A stretch of DNA of 64,000 bases, taken from positions 8,299-72,298 of the forward strand of contig QIKP01000017.1 of the NCBI GenBank assembly GCA_003233055.1, read 5' to 3'. The stretch comes from Planctomycetaceae bacterium (GTDB taxonomy: Bacteria > Planctomycetota > Planctomycetia > Pirellulales > Lacipirellulaceae). This document shows, piece by piece, positions 59,359-64,000 of the stretch. Each line of letters starts with the position of its first letter. Positions within the stretch are counted from its first letter, which is position 1. A program made the translations under genes and the position numbers. The notes under the pieces were generated by a model. That model did not search any database, was not told where the DNA came from, and saw only the letters and a program-made list of their open reading frames with translations.

Positions 59359-60231
59359 TTACGCGACCGTTGGCAAGCGGAACGCCTGAAAGAATTCCCA
59401 CATTAGATGATTGGCGTCGAGCGATAGCATCGTGCGACCCAAGAAGCAAAGAGGGGGCGCCTGACCGGGCCAGGTATGCCCTCCCCCCGCAATGCAAACC
59501 TCGACGATGCCTTCTTTCCCATCAATCTGGGCGTAAACCGTCCGGCTCGACCGAAGCTGCCGGTCGTTGACGATCTCCCGGTTCCCGACGGAGGTCGTGA
59601 CCGCCGTCGGTGGCAATTTGTTGACCGTCAGCCGACTCCTCTCCGCCCATCGGCACAGGGTCTGGTCGACAGAGGGGAAATCGATTCGTCGCAAAGACCG
59701 TGACCCGGCACCTCCCGCATAAGGAACAAATTCGTCGGCCGTGCCATGGAAATGGAGCACCGGGACCGGACGGGGGAGGGGTGCCGGATCGAACGCCAGG
59801 CATCCGGCAACCGGTGCGATGGCGGCGATACGTTCGGGCATCGCCGCGGCGAGCCGGTAGCAAAACATCCCGCCGTTCGACATGCCGGTCGCGTAAACTC
59901 GCGTGGGATCCAAGCCCAACCGGTGGTGCAATTCTTCTAGCATTGCCTCGATAAACCGTACGTCGTCGACTTGGTGCCTCGCCGCATGGCCACAGCAGGA
60001 GCCGGCGTTCCAGGTGAGGTACTCGGGAGAGGGTCCACTGCCGGCCGGGAAAACGACGGTGAAGCCATGGCGGTCGGCCGCCTCGGTCAGGCCGCAGAAC
60101 CGGGCCATGTCGCGTGGGGTGCTCCCGCCACCGTGGAACGCCAAGACCAACGCCCTCCCCGCAGGCGCAGGCTCCTCCCCCAAGGCGTGCGTCAGGTAGT
60201 AGCGATCGTTAAGTTGGTGTTTTTGGAGCAT
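59359..60231 (-). CDS. LpqC/PHB-depolymerase-like alpha/beta esterase
   Basis: LAFHGGGS, VVFPAG, WNAGSCCG, VDDVRF, TGMSNGG nucleophile elbow, FHGTAD..VPY, GGHTWPG. Confidence 0.9.
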   Translation of the reverse strand: MLQKHQLNDRYYLTHALGEEPAPAGRALVLAFHGGGSTPRDMARFCGLTEAADRHGFTVVFPAGSGPSPEYLTWNAGSCCGHAARHQVDDVRFIEAMLEELHHRLGLDPTRVYATGMSNGGMFCYRLAAAMPERIAAIAPVAGCLAFDPAPLPRPVPVLHFHGTADEFVPYAGGAGSRSLRRIDFPSVDQTLCRWAERSRLTVNKLPPTAVTTSVGNREIVNDRQLRSSRTVYAQIDGKEGIVEVCIAGGGHTWPGQAPPLCFLGRTMLSLDANHLMWEFFQAFRLPTVA

Positions 60232-60315
60232 GGTGGATGCCGCTCGGATCAAGACTTCGGTATCATCGGTCGCTTCGCCCCCTCCGGTCCCTAGCCCCTC
60301 GCCCCTCCTTCCCTG

Positions 60316-62520
60316 ATGCAACTCATCGCCACCACTGCTTTTGGACTTGAAAAACTCGTGGTCCGCGAACTCCAATCGCTCGGCTACGAGCCTCGGGTAC
60401 TTCGACCGGGACGGATCACGTTCGAGGGGGACGCGGCCGCCATCTGCCGGGCCAACCTCTGGCTACGAACGGCGGAACGGGTGGTCGTCTGCCTGGGGAC
60501 ATTCGCTGCGGACGACTTTGGCCTACTGTTCGACGGGACGAAGGCTCTCCCCTGGGAAGAGTGGATTCCACCGACCGGAGCGTTTCCGATCCGGGGACGG
60601 TCGCACAAGTCCCAACTCACGAGCGTCCCTGCTTGCCAGAGAATTGTCAACAAGGCAATCGCCGAGCGGCTGCTGGAGGCCCATCAGGTTGCGTCGCTGC
60701 CCGAGACCGAAGGGACTTATGCCATCGAGGTCGAGCTTTTTGAAAACGAGGCGTCGCTCCTCCTCGACACGTCGGGGGTCGGGCTCCACAAGCGGGGCTA
60801 CCGCAAACTGGTCGCCGAGGGGCAGCTCCGCGAGACGCTCGCCGCCGCGATGGTGACCCTCAGCGTTTGGAACCGCGATCGCCCGATGATCGATCCCTTT
60901 TGCGGCACCGGAACCATCGCCATCGAAGCAGCGCTGATCGGCCGCAACTGCGCTCCAGGGCTCGACCGGGAGTTTGCTAGCGAGGAGTGGGACTGCCTCC
61001 CCTCGGAAATGTGGCATACCGCGAGGGAAGAAGCCCGTGATTTATGGAAACCACCGCTGGAGCAAAAAATCGTTGCGACCGATATCGACCCCAAGGTGCT
61101 CGAGCTGGCCCGTTTCCACGCCAGCCGCGCCGGCGTTGGCCAAGACATCCACTTTCAAGAGCAAGCCTTCGGGAGTCTCTCCAGTTCCCGAGAGTATGGC
61201 TGCATGATCTGCAACCCGCCCTACGGATTGCGTGTCGGTACCGAATCGGAAACCAAGCAGCTCTATCAGGAGTTTCCGATCGTCTTACGGCGGCTGCCGA
61301 CTTGGTCGCACTACGTGCTCACGGCGGAGAAGGAGTTTGAGAAAATCGTCGGCCAGAAGGCGACCCGGCGTCGGAAGCTCTACAATGCACGGATTGAATG
61401 CACCTATTTTCAGTTCCTGGGACCGAAACCTTACCAAAAAAACATCGTGCCCGTGGCAACACCAGCGACGACACCAGTCACCTCAGCAGCAGCCAGCACC
61501 GATCCCGAAGAACCAGCCCCGGTTTTTGGTGGCCTCCACGAAGAATCGGAGCGGCAGGCGAGTGAGTTTGGTAGTCGCCTGGCGAAGCGAGCCCGGCACC
61601 TGCGGCGCTGGCCGACGCGGCGAGGGATTACCTGCTATCGACTGTACGACCGCGACGTGCCCGACGTGCCGCTGGTGGTCGATCGGTACGAAGATGCCCT
61701 GCACATCGCGGAGTACGAGCGCCCCCATGACCGGACTCCCGCCGAGAATGCCGACTGGCTCGACTTGATGGCAAAGACGGCTTCCCAAGTCCTGGAGATC
61801 GACCGCCGGCGCGTCTTCGTCAAGCACCGTCAGCGGCAAAGCGGTGCCTCCCAATACAGCCGGCTGTCGGAAAAACAAGTGAAGATGGTCGCCAAAGAAG
61901 CGGGCCTCCAGTTCCAAATCAACATGACCGACTACCTCGACACGGGGCTGTTTCTCGACCACCGGCTCACACGGCAGCGGGTTCGCGAAGAAGCCGAAGG
62001 CAAACGGTTCCTGAATCTCTTCGGCTACACGGGTGCCTTCACCGTCTACGCCGCCGCGGGTGGAGCCGCCAGCACGACGACGGTCGACCTTTCGCCCACC
62101 TACATGGCCTGGGGCGAGGAAAACCTCCAGCTCAACCACCTCGCAGGGCCCACCCACCAGTTCGTTACCGGCGAAGCGAGGGCCTACCTCGCCTCCTTGC
62201 CTACCAAGCCCCTCTTCGACCTGGCGGTGATCGATCCGCCGACCTTCTCCAACACCAAACGAACAACGTCTTCCAAGCAAGAAATCAGCGACTGGGATAT
62301 CCAGCGGCACTACGCCGAGCTGCTTGAATCGCTGGCGTTACGAATGTCGCCGAGCGGTGTGGTCTATTTCTCGACGAATTTCCGCCGGTTCAAATTCGAC
62401 GAGGCGGCCCTGCCAAGCTATCAGTTCCGGGAAATCTCGAAGCAGACCGTGCCGGAAGATTTTCGGAACCAGCGAATTCATCGCTGCTGGCGGCTCGTAC
62501 GGAACAACCCCGAGCCGTAG
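60316..62520 (+). CDS. rlmKL: Bifunctional 23S rRNA methyltransferase RlmKL
   Basis: THUMP region, LHKRGYR, LRETLAAA, DPFCGTGT, NPPYG, CYRLYDRD, DTGLFLDHR, LNLFGYTG, DPPTFS. Confidence 0.95.
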   Translation: MQLIATTAFGLEKLVVRELQSLGYEPRVLRPGRITFEGDAAAICRANLWLRTAERVVVCLGTFAADDFGLLFDGTKALPWEEWIPPTGAFPIRGRSHKSQLTSVPACQRIVNKAIAERLLEAHQVASLPETEGTYAIEVELFENEASLLLDTSGVGLHKRGYRKLVAEGQLRETLAAAMVTLSVWNRDRPMIDPFCGTGTIAIEAALIGRNCAPGLDREFASEEWDCLPSEMWHTAREEARDLWKPPLEQKIVATDIDPKVLELARFHASRAGVGQDIHFQEQAFGSLSSSREYGCMICNPPYGLRVGTESETKQLYQEFPIVLRRLPTWSHYVLTAEKEFEKIVGQKATRRRKLYNARIECTYFQFLGPKPYQKNIVPVATPATTPVTSAAASTDPEEPAPVFGGLHEESERQASEFGSRLAKRARHLRRWPTRRGITCYRLYDRDVPDVPLVVDRYEDALHIAEYERPHDRTPAENADWLDLMAKTASQVLEIDRRRVFVKHRQRQSGASQYSRLSEKQVKMVAKEAGLQFQINMTDYLDTGLFLDHRLTRQRVREEAEGKRFLNLFGYTGAFTVYAAAGGAASTTTVDLSPTYMAWGEENLQLNHLAGPTHQFVTGEARAYLASLPTKPLFDLAVIDPPTFSNTKRTTSSKQEISDWDIQRHYAELLESLALRMSPSGVVYFSTNFRRFKFDEAALPSYQFREISKQTVPEDFRNQRIHRCWRLVRNNPEP

Positions 62521-62547
62521 GGAAAAAAAGTCGCCACCGTTCACGGA

Positions 62548-62575
62548 TAGCCTCGACCAAGCTTGGTCGAGGCTA
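62548..62575. repeat. REP-like perfect 28-bp palindrome, family 2
   Basis: TAGCCTCGACCAAGCTTGGTCGAGGCTA; GTAG at the 5' end on the minus strand; preceded by element end CCACCGTTCACGG. Confidence 0.88.
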
Positions 62576-62589
62576 CGCTCCGCTTGGTC

Positions 62590-64000
62590 CTACTTCGCCA
62601 CACGAATGGAAAGCTTCGCGGTCGCGTCGCCTAGTTTAACTTCGATCGGTTCCGCGTTCTCCAGCAGCCCAAGCGAGACAGAATTTGCCAAAGTCTCTTT
62701 GGCAATGTAGTCGCCAAACGTATGGATCGCAGCGGCCGGTTCGGCACCGCTCGTTTCGATGCCGATCTCGATCCGATCGGTAAACTCGCAGCCGAGTTCC
62801 TTTCGGCGGTCCTGGATCGCACGAACCAAGTCGCGGGCAAGGCCTTCGCTGACAAGTTCGGGGGTCAGTTCGGTCGCGAGGACGACCACGACCCCTTGGT
62901 CGTTTGCTGCGGCGTACCCTTCCTTCGCAGTGATGCGAACCTCGACTTCTTCTCGCATTAACGCAATCTCTTGACCGTCGATCGAAAGATTGATCTCGCC
63001 ATTGTCACGGATGTTGGCGAGCAGCTCGCTGCCACTCTGTTCGTTGAGCCACTGCTTCACCTTCGGCATCCGTTTCCCAAGCTTCTTGCCCAAGAGTTTG
63101 AAGTTGGGCAGTACTTGGTGGTCGACGTACTTTTCCGGCTCACTCGAGTACTCAACCGCTTGGACGTTCAGCTCGTCCGCAATCACCGACGCATGTTGTT
63201 CGAGCCAAGCTTGGTGCGTGGTGTCGGCGAGGATGACCGTCACCTTGGCGAGCGGCTGGCGAACCTTGAGGCTTTCCTTCTCGCGAGCCCGCCGGCCAAG
63301 CGACGAGATCAATCGCACCGTCGCCATCTGTTCCGAAAGCGCATCGTCGATCAGCGACGCATCCGCCACCGGGTAGTCGCACAGATGAACGCTCTCCTCC
63401 GCATCCTCGAGCAGCCCGGCCAGGTTCTTCCACATCGTCTCGGCAAGGAACGGCACGAACGGGGCGATCATCTTGGTGGTCGTCAGCAAGCATTCGTAGA
63501 GCGTCCAGTAGGCGTCGAGCTTGTCGGTCGAGCGCTTTTCCTTCGCCCAAAACCGGTCGCGGCTCCGGCGGACGTACCAGTTCGATAGCGCGTCGACGAA
63601 CTCGGTCATGGCGCCGCATGCGCCGAAGTTGTCGTACGCATCCATCCGCTCGGTCACTGTCGCGACTGTGCGGTGGAGTTCGCTCAAGATCCAGCGATCG
63701 ACCTCCGCACGGGAACCGACAGCCGGATAGTCTGGCGACTCTCGCAGTGCTGAAGCACTACTCGCCTGCGGCATCCAATCGTCGATGTTGGCGTAGATCA
63801 CCAGGAAGCTGTAACAGTTCCAAAGCCGGAGCAAGAACTCGGGGATCGAGTCCTTGATCGCTTGCTCGCTGTAACGGATCGAGGTCCATGGCGGTTGGTT
63901 GGCGAAGAAGTACCACCGCAAAGCGTCTGCGCCATACCGATCGAAAATCTCCTGCGGCGTGCGGTAGTTCCCCTTGCTCTTGCTCATCTTCAGCCCATCC
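62590..64000 (-). CDS. ileS: Isoleucyl-tRNA synthetase (type 2), 5' part outside the window
   Basis: KMSKS at the window edge (DGLKMSKSKGN), YGADALRWY, WYVRRSRDRFW, ESVHL, KVRQPL, EGLARDLVRAIQDRRK. Confidence 0.93.
   Translation of the reverse strand, partial: DGLKMSKSKGNYRTPQEIFDRYGADALRWYFFANQPPWTSIRYSEQAIKDSIPEFLLRLWNCYSFLVIYANIDDWMPQASSASALRESPDYPAVGSRAEVDRWILSELHRTVATVTERMDAYDNFGACGAMTEFVDALSNWYVRRSRDRFWAKEKRSTDKLDAYWTLYECLLTTTKMIAPFVPFLAETMWKNLAGLLEDAEESVHLCDYPVADASLIDDALSEQMATVRLISSLGRRAREKESLKVRQPLAKVTVILADTTHQAWLEQHASVIADELNVQAVEYSSEPEKYVDHQVLPNFKLLGKKLGKRMPKVKQWLNEQSGSELLANIRDNGEINLSIDGQEIALMREEVEVRITAKEGYAAANDQGVVVVLATELTPELVSEGLARDLVRAIQDRRKELGCEFTDRIEIGIETSGAEPAAAIHTFGDYIAKETLANSVSLGLLENAEPIEVKLGDATAKLSIRVAK

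Overview
GC-rich bacterial chromosomal segment, almost certainly Planctomycetota (Pirellulales-like), inferred from a Planctomycete/Verrucomicrobia-type microcompartment locus and a DUF1559 gene. Left to right: a urate-to-allantoate operon (uricase, allB, uraD, uraH); a three-gene unit (winged-helix AAA+ ATPase, Ser/Thr kinase fused to a tubulin/FtsZ-like domain, FHA-EAL phosphodiesterase); a fucose-type metabolosome superlocus (sugar kinase, fucI, DeoR, PduL, 2 BMC-H, AckA, 3 BMC-P, aldehyde dehydrogenase, aldolase, LDH/MDH); a TerB-like/CbbX-type AAA ATPase; a decayed integron-cassette fragment with a well-formed attC; housekeeping and metabolic genes (M28 peptidase, LOG, beta-CASP nuclease, UbiD, two Gfo/Idh/MocA, prpBC, cca, addAB, tRNA-Leu, metB-like, acpS, dcd, purU, rlmKL, ileS); and c-di-GMP-related modules. 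Intergenic regions hold a modular family of REP hairpins and MITE-like elements with GTAACCGTTCACGG ends that nest inside each other. Best candidates for an undescribed system: the ATPase / kinase-tubulin / FHA-EAL unit and the nested palindromic element family. All family assignments come from recalled motifs; no database searches were run.
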